Positions 52,201 through 64,000 of a stretch of 64,000 nucleotides of DNA are shown here, piece by piece. Made by a program: the position numbers and the translations under genes. The notes beneath the pieces are model-generated. The model had not been told where the DNA came from and did no database searches. It was given only the letters and a program-made list of their open reading frames with translations. Position 1 is the first letter of the stretch, and every line of letters begins with the position of its first letter. The stretch spans positions 74,751,630-74,815,629 of the forward strand of contig NC_086376.1 in NCBI RefSeq assembly GCF_036588685.1. Reading direction: 5' to 3'. The DNA is from Mytilus trossulus (Eukaryota).

Positions 52201-55200
52201 TTTGCCAATCACTACATACAAAGCCTATAGATAATCACCCTTCTAAAATGGAAAACATAACTAGAATATTAAATCTATATTTCAGTTATGATAAGTGTAA
52301 ACATCTTTGATCAGTTAAAACCATATGAAAAACTAGGTTTAAATTATTTGATTATTGTTTCTTATTGTCTTAAGAAGGAGTTGTGTTAAGTTTTCAGTTT
52401 ATCCAACTTTACCGGTTAGGAAAAAAAAATCTTATTTAAAATTACGCAAGATTAAACTATACCTGCATGTATGCAATTTGCTTTTCTACATGTGCTGTTG
52501 TCAATTTAATCTTTTTGTTATTTTCAGAATTATATGAAATTTGTTGCAGTAGAGCTGATGATAGAATTAGAATGACTATTGAAAGCTCTGAAATCTACGG
52601 CAATTCTGAAAGTAAGTTTAGTAACAAAACATGTATAATAAAACAAGCAGGTCCTGGAGTTTCAAGTAATTGTTGTAACAAATGTGACAGGATTCACATT
52701 TGAAATTTGTAAAGTGGTATTCTACGACAACATGTACAGAATCACAATATTATTCGTCAAAAACATGAACTTGTAATTGCAAATATAAAGTTAATGAATA
52801 AAATGTCCTTCATTTGGATTTGTTCTTCTCTTAATATTTCAATTTATAATTTCAGCAACATTAGGACCTATTTCACTGTGACTGATTTATGATTCAGTGG
52901 TTTTTGACAATTTGAATCATTTGATCTATTGTCTATGAACTTAAATCAGCTTTTTGGACAAAAAAATACTGATTTATTTGTGGTTTAGTTGAAAGAATGA
53001 TGTGGTCAATAAGATTTTAATATGTCATTCTTTATTTCAGCCTCCTCAGAGCCTCCGTCCAGTAAAGAGTCCAGTGTAGAACTTATCAAATTAGATGTTT
53101 CTAGAACATTCCCACAACTTTGTATTTTCCAAAAAGTAAGTTTGATTAAGAAAGTATTCATGCTAATATCATAAGAGGACTTTCAAACCTGTAAAAAAAT
53201 TAAATGATGATAATTTCAAAGACTAAACCTGGTTGTTGTTAATCATAGAAATATAGGTTGGAAATACTGTGGATTCATTATTATTCGTTGAATACCAATT
53301 TTCATGGGTTTCATGGGTACAGATGAACCACAAAATCAAATGTTCAACGAAAACCATATTTTTAATAGGCTTTGTATACAGAGATTTTCAAAACCACGAG
53401 ATCAAATATCCATGAAGTTCAGTCTAGTAAATGTTTTTTCATGTCAAATCATCTAAGTATCTTGTTGCTTAATATTAGAAATAGGAAAAATGTATATAAA
53501 TAGAATAGAAAAGCATCAGCATTTCAGATTTCAACTACTTAAAAAAAACCAAGAAGACAAGGGACCATTTATAAAAAAAACAACATTAAAAATAGTTCAC
53601 ACCATGGCCAAAATAAAAGATAGGAAAAATGAAATATTCTTGACTTTATTGTGAAATCAAACTTTGAAAGGATACAGATACAACTTTAATATGATTAACT
53701 TTTTCAGGGAGGTCCGTATTATGATTTACTTCATAGTTTACTTGGTGCCTATGCATGCTACAGACCAGATGTTGGATATGTAAGTAAATGTATATAGGTT
53801 CTTATAAATTCTATAAATTGTGTGATATATATAGAGGTACTAGTAGATTCTATGAACTGTGGGATAGTATTTATCATTGTTACACAACAGGTGGGTTATC
53901 TTCTTTATAAAGATAAAACAAAGTGGAATGATTGCCTTTTAGACAACTCTCCATCAGAGACCATATGATGTAGTTTTTAGCATGTGTGTCACCATTTAGC
54001 CTTCAACAATAAAAAAACTCCATACAGCATTGCAATCTTGAAAAACACTGAATGAAAGATTTAAATTAATCCAAATGAGAAAACAAACAATATACGAATA
54101 ACAATTATTAATATACGAATAACAATTATGATATACAGCAACAAGCGACAGAATTACAATCAAAATCGAAACCACAAATTAGGTATCTACAGTTTTCCTC
54201 AATCTTTGAAAATTGGTTCCAATGAAAGTAATAGATTCCACAGTAATCTAGGATATTTAATTTTGTCCCCAGAAGATTCATATCCATTAATCGACAGTTA
54301 TAATATTTCTACTTTCAGGTCCAAGGTATGTCTTTCATTGCTGCTGTATTACTCCTCAATATGGATGTAGCTGATGCCTTTGTTTGCTTTGCTAACCTTC
54401 TGAATCGTCCATGTCAAGTAGCCTTCTTCAGGGTGGATGAGGAATTGGTAAGAATTGGTTAAATTGCTGTTTGTATAAGATTTTATAAGACGTGTGAAAA
54501 ATATTTGAAATTGAAAAAATTACTAAAATTAAAAATGGAAATTGGGAATGTGTCAAAGAGACAACAACCCGACCATAGAAAAAACAACAGCAGAAGGCCA
54601 CCAACAGGTCTTCAATGTAACGAGAAATTCCCACACCTGGTACGTCCTACAGCTGGCCTCTTAACAAATATATACTAGTTCAGTGATAATGAACACCATA
54701 CTAATTTCCAAATTGTACACAACAAACTAAAATTAAAAAAAAACAAGACTAACAAAGGCCAGAGGTTCCTGACCTCGGACAGGCACAAAAATGTGGCGGG
54801 GTTAAACATGTTTGTGGGATCTCAACCCTCCCCCATAATGCACAGAATTGACAAAGTTCTGATCCAATATAGGAGCTCCAGTAAAAGCCCCTTTTAGGAA
54901 GTTTGACAAATCTGATCTAATCACTTCTGTGTGTCACCACTATAATATTTTTTTGTCTCCCTGATTGTTTGCTAAAATGGCTATGTTTTCTGCCAACCTG
55001 ATAAACTGTCCAATACTCAGTGTAGATTGTAGATTACAGCTCATTTTGAATGTACATATTTTCAAAGCTTAAGTTTGTCATCAACTATATATAAGTAATT
55101 TGTTTTCAAGATATCTTTTTAAAAACATTTAACATTGGTTTTTTAGCTCACCTGGCCCGAAGGGCCAAGTGAGCTTTTCTCATCACTTGGCGTCCGGCGT

Positions 55201-58200
55201 CGTCGTCCATCGTCTGTCGTCCGTTGTCTTCGTTGACTTTTACAAAAATCTTCTCCTCTGAAACTACTGGGCCAAATTACACCAAACTTGGCCACAATCA
55301 TCTCTGGGGTATCTAGTTTAAAAAATGTGTGGCGTGACCCGCCAAACCAACCAAGATGGCAGCCATGGCTAAAAATAGAACATAGGGGTAAAATGCAGTT
55401 TTTGGCTTATAACTCAAAAACCAAAGCATTTAGAGCAAATCTGACATGGGGGTAAAATTGTTTATCAGGTCAAGATCTATCTGTCATGAAATTTTCAGAT
55501 CAATCAGAGAACCCGTTGTTGGGTTGCTGCCCCTGAATTGGTAATTTCATGGAAATTTTGCTGTTTTTGATTATTACCTTGAATATTATTATAGATAGAG
55601 ATAAACTGTAAACAGCAATAATGTTCAGCAAAGTAAGATTTACAAATAAGTTAACATTGCCAAAATTGTCAGTCGACCCCTTTAGGAGTTATTGCACTTT
55701 AAAGTCAGTTTTTAACCATTTTTCCTAAATTTTATATATCTTTTACAAAAATCTTCTCCTCTGAAACTGCTGGGCCAAATTACACCAAACTTTGCAACAA
55801 TCATCTCTGGGGTATCTAGTTTAAAAAATGTGTGGCATGACCCGCCCAACCAACCAAGATGGTCGCCATGGCTAAAAATAGAACATAATGGTAAAACACA
55901 GTTTTTGGCTGATAACTCTCAAACCAAAGCATTTAGAGCAAATCTGACAGGGAGTAAACTGTTTTAGGTCAAGATCTATCTGCCCTGACATTTTCAGATG
56001 AATCAGAGAATCTGTTGTTGGGTTGCTGCCCCTGAATTGGTAATTTTATGGAAATTTTGCTGTTTTTGATTATTATCTTGAATATTATTATAGGTAGAGA
56101 TAAACTGTAAACAGCAATAATGTTCAGCAAAGTAGGATTTACAAATAAGTTAACATGGCCAAAATTGTCAGTCGACCCCTTTAGGAGTTATTGCCCTTTA
56201 AAGTCAGTTTTTAACCATTTTTCTTAATTTTATATATCTTTTACAAAAATCTTCTCTTCTGAAACTGCTGGGTCAAATTACACCAAACTTGGCCACAATC
56301 ATCTCTGGGGTATTTAGTTTAAAAAATGTGTGGCATGACCCGCCAAACCAACCAAGATAGCTGCCATGGCTAAAAATAGAAGATAGGGGTAAAACACAGT
56401 TTTTGGCTTATAATTAAAAAACCAAAGCATTTAGAGCAAATCTGACAGGGAGTAAAATTGTTCATCAGGTTAAGATCTATCTGCCCATACATTTTCAGAT
56501 GAATCAGAGAACCTGTTGTTGGGTTGCTGCCCCTGGATTGGTAATTTTAAGGAAATTTTGCTGTTTTTGGTTATTATCTTGAATATTATTATAGATAGAG
56601 ATAAACTGTAAACAGCAATAATGTTCAGCAAAGTAAGATTTACAAATAAGTCAACATGACCAAAATGGTCAATTGACCCAATAAGGAAGGAGTAATTGTC
56701 CTTTATAGTCAATTTTTAACTATTTTCATAAAATTTGTAAATTTTTACTACCGGTAACATTTTCAATAGAAACTATTGGGCCAAGTTCATTATAGATAGT
56801 GATAATTGTAAGCAGCAAGCATGTTCAGTAAAGTAAGATGTACAAACACATCACCATCACCAAAACATTATTTCGTCATGAATCCATCTGCTTCCTTTGT
56901 TTAATATTCACATAGACCAAGGTAAGCGACACAGGCTATTTAGAGCCTCTAGTTTTATATTCATATCACATATCAAGACATTATTATGAATATCTCTGTC
57001 AATTTTCCAGCAAATCTTATTTATTATGTATGGTTATATCAGACTTTTCGTAATTGTTTGTTTCTTTATTTCAGATGAAGGTTTATTTTCATACGTTTGA
57101 AGATTTTTTTGACGAGAATATGCCTGGATTATACTCACATTTTAAAAAACACAAAGTCACTCCAGATCTGTATATTACTGAATGGTATGCATTATATTAT
57201 TTCACATACATAATACATATATTTATGGCAAAGTATGAAAGATACTAAAGCCCTGTTAATACTATTATTGTGAGGGCCATTTCTTCTACAGTGTGCTTTA
57301 GAATGTTTCACAGCCAAACTCAATAGATTAGTATAAATTATGATTCTAATATGACTTACTTCTATTGCTTTATGAATAAACCCGTGCTCTAAATCCAATA
57401 AAAAAATTTTGCACATCCGTATTTTGACTACTGCAGAATAATGAATTTTATCAAATTTACATGCATTTAATATATTTCATTAACTTAAAACACTCCCAAA
57501 CTCTTAAATGATGCACATGTTGTTACTAATTCATTTATGATGACTGTAATGTGTTGCATTCTGAAATTGACATATTTGACCTAGATACAACAACTGTTCA
57601 TGCTGGCTGTTCAAAAACTTCTCCCTCTGAAAAATCACAGTGCCAAATGTTTGCTTCTTTACAAACATAAAAAAGGGGTTCATGGAAGAGCCTACACAAT
57701 CACTTAACCCTTATACATATCTGACATAAAAATGACCTTAATTGTCCTAATCAGAATCGAAATAATTGATGCAAGCTATACTTTATTGTCGTTTTAACAT
57801 GGGTAGGCATTATATTCATGTTATTTTAGCCCTTACTGTTGCTAGGGCAAAAATAATCACAAATATAATGCCTACCCATGTTAAAACTACAATAAAGTAT
57901 AGCTTGCAACAATTATTTCTTAAATAAACAACAACTAACTCAAAAACAATAGACATAACGCACTGATAAAAGAATTCTCTCAGTTTGTAGTCTTGCTGAA
58001 AGTCAATAAAAACTGACAAATGAATCATGTTCTACCCCTACTAAAGTATATCAGTACACATCCAATTTAGTGTAAAGACATAAACAATCTGAGAAGGGAA
58101 TGCTCACGTTCCTATTCCATACCTTTATACACTGACAATTAGATATTTTATATTCATGTCATCAAACTTTTATAGCACTATGATCTGCATCTACTTTATA

Positions 58201-61200
58201 TATGATATTTATTTTTCATTTGCAGGATATTCGCTTTATTTAGTAAATCACTGCCTTTAGATATTGCTTGCAGAGTATGGGATGTATTTTGTAGAGATGG
58301 TGAAGAGTTTCTGTTCAGAACAGCTTTAGGTAATAAGAATGAATAACAAACAAGTTGCTTTCTTTAAAAAAAGAAATGCAATTGTAAACCCAAATGCTTG
58401 TTTGGCATTATATATATATTAGATAATTGTTTAATAAAGATGTATTGTCTTATATTACTTTTGTTGTGCAGAAGAATTAGAAACTGACATTGCCTGTTTA
58501 CTTAATGTAATACCGGCACCACACATCAACGTATAGATCCGACGTACGTTGGTCGAGGTAAAAAAAATCATGCACGCTACCAATTATACGCTAGTAATTT
58601 TGATGCATTCAACCTGTCAATCATATCTGTATCGTGTGCACAACGAGCTTACAGCGTGTATTGGGTGTGCGTGAAGCGTACCTAAGCGTTTCTCCTAGTC
58701 TTTCTACATTCCCAACTGCAGGTCTGTCTATATGTGAATGTTTGTCAATAAGTCTGTCACATTCGCCCGTCTGTTTACATGTTTACCAGTCCGTCTGTGT
58801 CCACTGGTTCGTCTACATGTTCACGAGCTTTGAAATAGCTTTCGGTAAGTGCGATTATTTCAGTGATTTGTGTCTATTGTTTTTATGTAAGTGATTATTG
58901 TGCACCGTACCCATATTTTTAGGGACGCGAATCGCAACTGATATTTTACAGTTTTTTCTTGCGATGTGATGTCCTTAAGGTTTGGTTCATTTGGGAGGGT
59001 TGGGTTTATGGCCACCACATTGTTTATGTGCCAATGTACATTATAAAGCCAGGAACCTGTAGTACAGTGGTTGTTGTTCATAATTCATGTCGGTCAAGTT
59101 TTTTTCGTAAATTATTTTGTTATCAATAAGGCTGTTTAGTTTTGTTTGATTTTGAATTTTGTTTTTAAATCTTAATGGTCGGGGCATTTAATAGCCGACT
59201 AAATAGTGTTTTTTTCATTTTTGGAGGCCGCTCGGTGACCTTTAAAGACTTACTACCACGTCATTGTAACTCTGGTTGGTACTTGTATCATTAGTGCTGG
59301 ACCATGGTCGATCCTATGCACCTTTGAGGCAGGCGGGATATTTTTGTAGATCTTGTATAGCTCAAACTAATGGGAGTAGTTCCTGTACTTCTATGTCTAG
59401 TCCCATGTTGCATGGTTGGAGAGGGTGTTATATCTTCTGTAGGTTTGATGTAGTTTCACGCGTATCGGACTTCTTCTCCTGAATGAAAACTTTAAGGCGA
59501 CGAGTATTTTTGTATGCAATGCGCTGGACAAACGCTTGAGCTGAATGAAAGATTTTTTTTTTTTTTAAATAATCGTTTTTACACCTATTTGAGGCACGTA
59601 TTTATGATTATATTTCCATGTCCTTGGTCTATCATAGACGTAAAATTTCAAAAAGTGCTAATACTTTTTTTTAAAGATTTTATCTTTAATTGTCCTCGTT
59701 CAAAATATTTTATTTTTTCATATTCGATATCTATTAAATTTTATTTTTAATAACCATTTTTTTTTTATTAAAGACTTTTAAGTTGCAATATTTCACCAAA
59801 AAAAATAACTGTAATTTAGTCATATGCAAGAAAGACTTCCCTTTAATTTCAGTATAAAAAAATCAATAGCTTGCTTTTTACAACATGTACATCTTCACTA
59901 AACGTAAAATTTAAAATAGAATGCTACTAAAACTCTTTCTAAAGATTTAATTTTTAATTTTTAATTATTCTCGTTCAGAATATAAAGCGCATTGTTTACA
60001 TGAATTCTGATCTCATATCTAAACACAGCTGGTTACATCGTTTGACTAATTAAAATACTACGCATGTAGGTTAATATTAGCAGCTTGTAATCGTGTACAA
60101 GAAAATATTATATCATAATAAATTTCAGATCATACGTAAAATATCTCTTTAGCAACTTAAGATGCTAATGCATATTCAACAGATTAGTAAGCTATTGCGC
60201 ATGCATTTGAAAGGTGGTCATAGCTATTGCGCATGTATTTGAAAGGTGGGCATAGAAAGAACAGAAGTGTTCCGAATAACATCCGGTGTTCCGAAAGACT
60301 ACATCACTCGTCCAATATATACTGCGTAAACCCTCAGGGGTTTACGCAATAAAATCTGTTATTTTGACAAAATGGTATGCTGTAAAAATAAACTCCTTTG
60401 TAATATTATTGGATGGGTCTTTTGGTATGAAGGTATGTCAATAAAAAAGGAATAGAAGCAGTAATTACAAGGAAGGCTGATTGTTACAAAGTCAAATTGT
60501 CTTAATTTGAGCAATTTCCTTAATATAATAAATTTTATCCCTTGTGCTGTTTTTAACTTGTGGTGAAACATACTTAAATCTACACCAATATTTTGATGTT
60601 TTATATCAAAGTATATGTGAAGTCATCATACAGTGTACTTAATGTATGTGTATCAGATAAAGTTTGGGTTTCCAATCTAATTGTGAAATGTTTATGCTTG
60701 TTTGTCTCAAAGATGGCAGGGTAAAATTAGTCCCTGCACTATCATCTAAATCAGTATATTAAACAACCAAAGATTTATGAAATAATGTTATTGTGTCAAT
60801 GCTTTAAAAGGCGACTTCTTCCTCTTCCAACATCTTTTCTGTAATATAGGCTATATGATGTTTGCTTTCTCTGTTTTATATTGTTGTCTTTTTCAATCTA
60901 TCTGTCTCAGGTGTACATGATAAAGTAAAATTGAGAATGGAAATGGGGAATGTGTCCAAGCGACAACAACCCCATCATAGAGCCGACAAAAGCCGAAGGC
61001 CACCAATGGGTCTTCAATGTAGCGATAAACTCCTACACCCAGAGCCGTCCTTCAGCTGTCCCCTAAACAAATATGTATACTTGTTCAGTGATAATGATAA
61101 GGGTCTTCTAAAAACATGTTCTGTGCTTTAAATTCACACCTTTTATTGGGTTGGGATCATATTGATTACATTACACCAGCATTATGTATTTTAAGCTTGT

Positions 61201-61461
61201 CAAAGAATGCCTGTATATTTTGATAGCAAGCTTGTTATATATCTAAACTGTTGATAATATCTGTGCTCATTTTTTACAGGTATATTGAAGATGTATGAAG
61301 ATTTGTTATTACATATGGACTTCTGTAACTTAGTGCAATTGTTGACAAAAATACCAGAAGATATCTCTAGTGATACTCTGTTTAAACATATAGACACGAT
61401 ACGAATGAATATTGACAAGAAACGATTCAATCAAGTGTTGGCTGTTAATAAGGAATCGTGA
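36678..61461 (+). CDS. TBC1D14: TBC1 domain family member 12/14 (Rab GTPase-activating protein), about 819 aa
   Basis: 12 exons join in frame (2460 nt): 36678-37831, 45871-46092, 47483-47565, 49411-49528, 51102-51208, 52528-52611, 53041-53135, 53708-53779, 54319-54447, 57075-57184, 58226-58329, 61280-61461. Motifs [30 protein letters not shown]-finger IKLDVSRT, Q-finger [15 protein letters not shown]. The start codon could also be 36726 or 36738. Probably co-orthologous to vertebrate TBC1D12 and TBC1D14. Confidence 0.94.
41783..42157 (+). mobile_element. 5'-truncated SINE (Meta/Deu-like central domain) with 13-bp TSD
   Basis: TSD TCAATTAAAGACA at 41770-41782 and 42158-42170; GCACGTTAAGAACCC motif; tail ACTGGACGTTAAGCAACCAAC(AATC)n. 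Confidence 0.75.
42927..43173 (+). repeat. 124-bp tandem duplication (2 diverged copies)
   Basis: AACTGTAAATTTTAGGCCTTTTAAAG starts at 42927 and 43051. Confidence 0.88.
43725..45095 (+). mobile_element. Young 5'-truncated CR1/L2-group LINE (RT thumb and C-terminal CCHC region, plus 3'UTR)
   Basis: Uninterrupted frame 43725-44678 ([57 protein letters not shown]); AATAAA near the 3' end; 8-bp TSD AACAAAGT at 43717-43724 and 45096-45103. Confidence 0.92.
46002..46200 (+). repeat. Exact 99-bp tandem duplication of the 3' part of TBC1D12/14 exon 2 and its splice donor
   Basis: 46002-46100 is identical to 46102-46200. Confidence 0.95.
48215..48350 (-). mobile_element. Ty3/Gypsy pol RNase H-region fragment
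   Basis: [37 protein letters not shown] matches the YL.GR.F.VRTDH.SL.WL...KNPEGQ.ARW.E.L pattern. Confidence 0.7.
48841..49230. mobile_element. 390-bp MITE with long TIRs (AGACCACTTTCGAGTTCATCCGTCACCGG), AT-flanked, possibly ISL2EU-like
   Basis: 29-bp perfect TIR, AT on both sides, CpGs intact (young). Confidence 0.85.
55143..56954 (+). mobile_element. Helentron-type non-autonomous element (HINE) with three internal tandem units of about 500 bp
   Basis: 5' AGCTCACCTGGCCC-GAA-GGGCCAAGTGAGCT hairpin, (CGT)n microsatellite, units at 55238, 55741 and 56239, 3' sub-TIR CCAAGGTAAGCG, hairpin AGGCT..AGCCT, then CTAGTTTT. Confidence 0.88.
58351..60350 (-). mobile_element. About 2-kb Helentron-type element in the last TBC1D12/14 intron
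   Basis: Minus-strand 5' hairpin TGCGTAAACCC-CTGA-GGGTTTACGCA after a T-run; 3' end GGGTTTAC + palindrome TTGCATTTCTTT..AAAGAAAGCAA + CTTGTTT; interior is CpG-rich compared with the flanks. Confidence 0.65.
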
Positions 61462-61587
61462 TGATAATTGTATGCTAGCTTTCCAAGTCTTTTTTTGAGT
61501 CGTGATGAAAATTGTGTGTTAGATTTCCAAGTCATTTCTTGAGTCGTGATTATAAGTGTGTGTTTAGATTTCCAAGTAATTTCTTCA
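61455..61587 (+). repeat. 44-bp tandem repeat (3 copies) overlapping the TBC1D12/14 stop codon
   Basis: TCGTGATGA.AATTGTGTGTTAGATTTCCAAGTCATTTCTTGAG units at about 61456, 61500 and 61544. Confidence 0.8.
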
Positions 61588-64000
61588 CATGTGCATTGGA
61601 TGTCAAGATGTGTATTATGCATGATATCAAATTATTGCTTTATCCCAAATGGAAGTAGTATTATGATGGTGTGATATGTTAGCTGTGGGAGTGTATGCAT
61701 GTAATGTTTTAAAATGTCAATGGTCAGTAGTTTTTCTGTAGTACACCAAGGATATGAAACCTTTTTTTACTGAGAAACAAAATTAAGATGGAAATTGATA
61801 TGGTGAATATTTTAAAGCTAGATATTTTAGTTTGAATTTGTGAAAAGAAAATAACTTCCTTTTTAATTTTAAAACGCTATTTAAAATCTGGTGCAAAAAA
61901 TGAAAATTGTCTATCATTTATCACTAAAAAGAATGAAAGGTATTACATGATATTATATTCACATTCTATTATATAAACCTTCATTCAACATTGAAAGTCT
62001 TTCACTGGTTTGTTAATTGTTTATTATTATGTATAAGTTGTTATCTGTTCACACATTATTTCCTACCACTGTATGTGCAATTCTAGTGTCAGAGATATTA
62101 TGTATAAAAAGATAAAAGCCATAATTTATTCAATTTGTACATTAATCCAATGTGGAAATAGATATTTTGCATGTCAATATTGTATACACGTATTACCAAT
62201 TTTTTTTGTCTTTTATCTTTCTGTGATGTATACAAATGGAATCAAGTTTTAAAATAACTCTTGAAATATATTTTTTTTTCACCAATTGATTTTGGTACTT
62301 CTTCTGTATCATGCTTTCTGGTATTGATATGTTAGCAAACATTAAGTGGCAATTGTAATAATTAGAAATGGGGAATGTAACTTTTGCAGTGAAACTTAGA
62401 TGAGTATTTCTAATACGTTGTAAATGTGGCATTGTTATGCTAGATATTTTTCAACATGTTAAAATTTCCTTTTTCTTCTTACAAACAGAAATATTTCTAG
62501 ATCAGAAATTTGACTTACAAAAGATTAGGGTTATTTTAGAAAAAGTGTCTCCTGGAGGCAGAAAACCCTTAAAAATAAGTGTTACCAACAACATATTAAA
62601 ATTAAGGTGCAATATTTGTTTTACATAGAAAACTTTTACCTCCACCACCTAAATAATTAATCTTGGTGTTGTTCTCCTTGAAAAGCCCTGATGATATTGA
62701 TAATAAAAAAACAGCTGATAAATTGGCTGACAAATAAAGATAAGAATTTTGATGTGTTGCAAAATCTGATGAGAAAGGAGTATTAAAAGGGAACTTGCCT
62801 TGCCATTTGAGCTTGTAAACCAAAATGTTATATAAATCAATCAAATAACATCCTTCTTATTTTTACAAGACAAGCTGTCAAATTTTAGTTTGTTTTTTGT
62901 CTTTGTTTTTGTCTTGTTTTTGTCTTGCATATTTGATAAGCCCATCAAATTTTCTTGCATTCAAAACTTCCAAAAAAGCATCGTGTTGAGATCTTCAAAG
63001 TTATGACATGAGTGTAAGCAACAACCCTCCTACCCTACAAGAGGTTCTCTACGAGCTGTCTTTTACAAAGATGATTTTTAAAGTGAATAAACTAAATTTT
63101 TAGTAAGATATAACATACATTTAAAATTTAAATTTATCTAAAACTCTGTTATTAAAAAAAAAGATTTTGAGGATCAAAGATTTTTTTACAATTTTTCATT
63201 TTCAAGGGCAATATGACTGGTCATACCTCTTACTATTTATGAATATATTTATGCTATTTTATTAAGTAAGCTTTGTATCATGTTGGTTTACTTGTTGATT
63301 GTCATCTCAATAGTTGAGCAAGAAATATGTGCCATATTAAGTACAAAAATGAGTTTGAATTTTATTTAGGAGCATAAAGCTCTAAGTTACTAAATAACTA
63401 AAAAATAAGAGCAGTGAAGCTCTGGCTTCTATTAATCTTTATTATAAATACAAATGATTATTTAACTTCTTTTTTGCAGTCATTTATTTATGAACTGTTG
63501 TTATAATTTTTATAAAGAATTATGCCAAGCATAATATTGTCTTTCATTAATGATGAGATTATTTGTAAAGTATATATGTATGTATAACTTACTAACCAGG
63601 TCCAGTTTTGTTTTGAAAATCTCACTGTTAAGATATATAGTTGATCCTGTTAACCAGTCTGCAATATAGATGCTATTCTTCCAGTTGTGGCAATGTGATT
63701 TTTTTTGTTGTTATTTGAAACAATGATCTTTAATAAAGGTGAACCTGTTAAAACATTATAAAGCTAAGATGAGTTTTAAAGACAGTGTTGTGGTCTTTAT
63801 GTATTAGGACAATGGAATATTCATCTGGTCTGAAAATTTGTTCATTTTGTCCTATTCCCTTTTCTAAATGATTATGAATTTGTAGGTTTGATATGCTTCT
63901 ATCCTGTGGGTACACATTGTATAGCATTGTTTTGAAGTTTTTGCAATCTATCCAAGTTTGGTTGGTTGGTTGATAAGTGTATTTCCTCAAAAAATAAATT

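Noticed and set aside
53267-54243. Single MITE split around TBC exon 8 (exon capture)
   Set aside because: The exon is an ancestral conserved TBC exon; the two MITE halves are better explained as independent fragments.
61459-61600. Selenocysteine recoding of TGA or box C/D snoRNA (TGATGA)
   Set aside because: TGA is followed by TGA-TAA, and no SECIS-like stem or box D with terminal stem was seen.

Overview
AT-rich, intron-rich animal genomic DNA. The dispersed repeat families look like those of mytilid mussels (Mytilus-like bivalve; recognised by eye, not by search). Three conserved multi-exon genes were reconstructed by hand: a CsgA/C-factor-like short-chain dehydrogenase (- strand, 3 coding exons, 256 aa), WDR1/AIP1 (+, 16 coding exons, 599 aa, one AT-AC minor-spliceosome intron) and a TBC1D12/14 RabGAP (+, 12 coding exons, about 819 aa). 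There is also an orphan C2H2-finger ORF carrying PP1-docking motifs. The rest is MITEs, Helentron-type elements, hAT-type elements, a young LINE, a SINE and tandem repeats. Most notable: (1) TACATGTA/TACTAGTA/TACCGGTA octamers that match the predicted excision footprints of TA-targeting MITEs in the same window; (2) a near-perfect 338-bp inverted duplication captured inside a MITE in a WDR1 intron; (3) a 5-bp-TSD hAT element keeping an open but catalytically dead transposase-derived ORF; (4) an exact partial-exon plus splice-donor duplication in TBC1D12/14; (5) a degenerate minimal hammerhead ribozyme. All coordinates were read by eye and may be off by a few bases.
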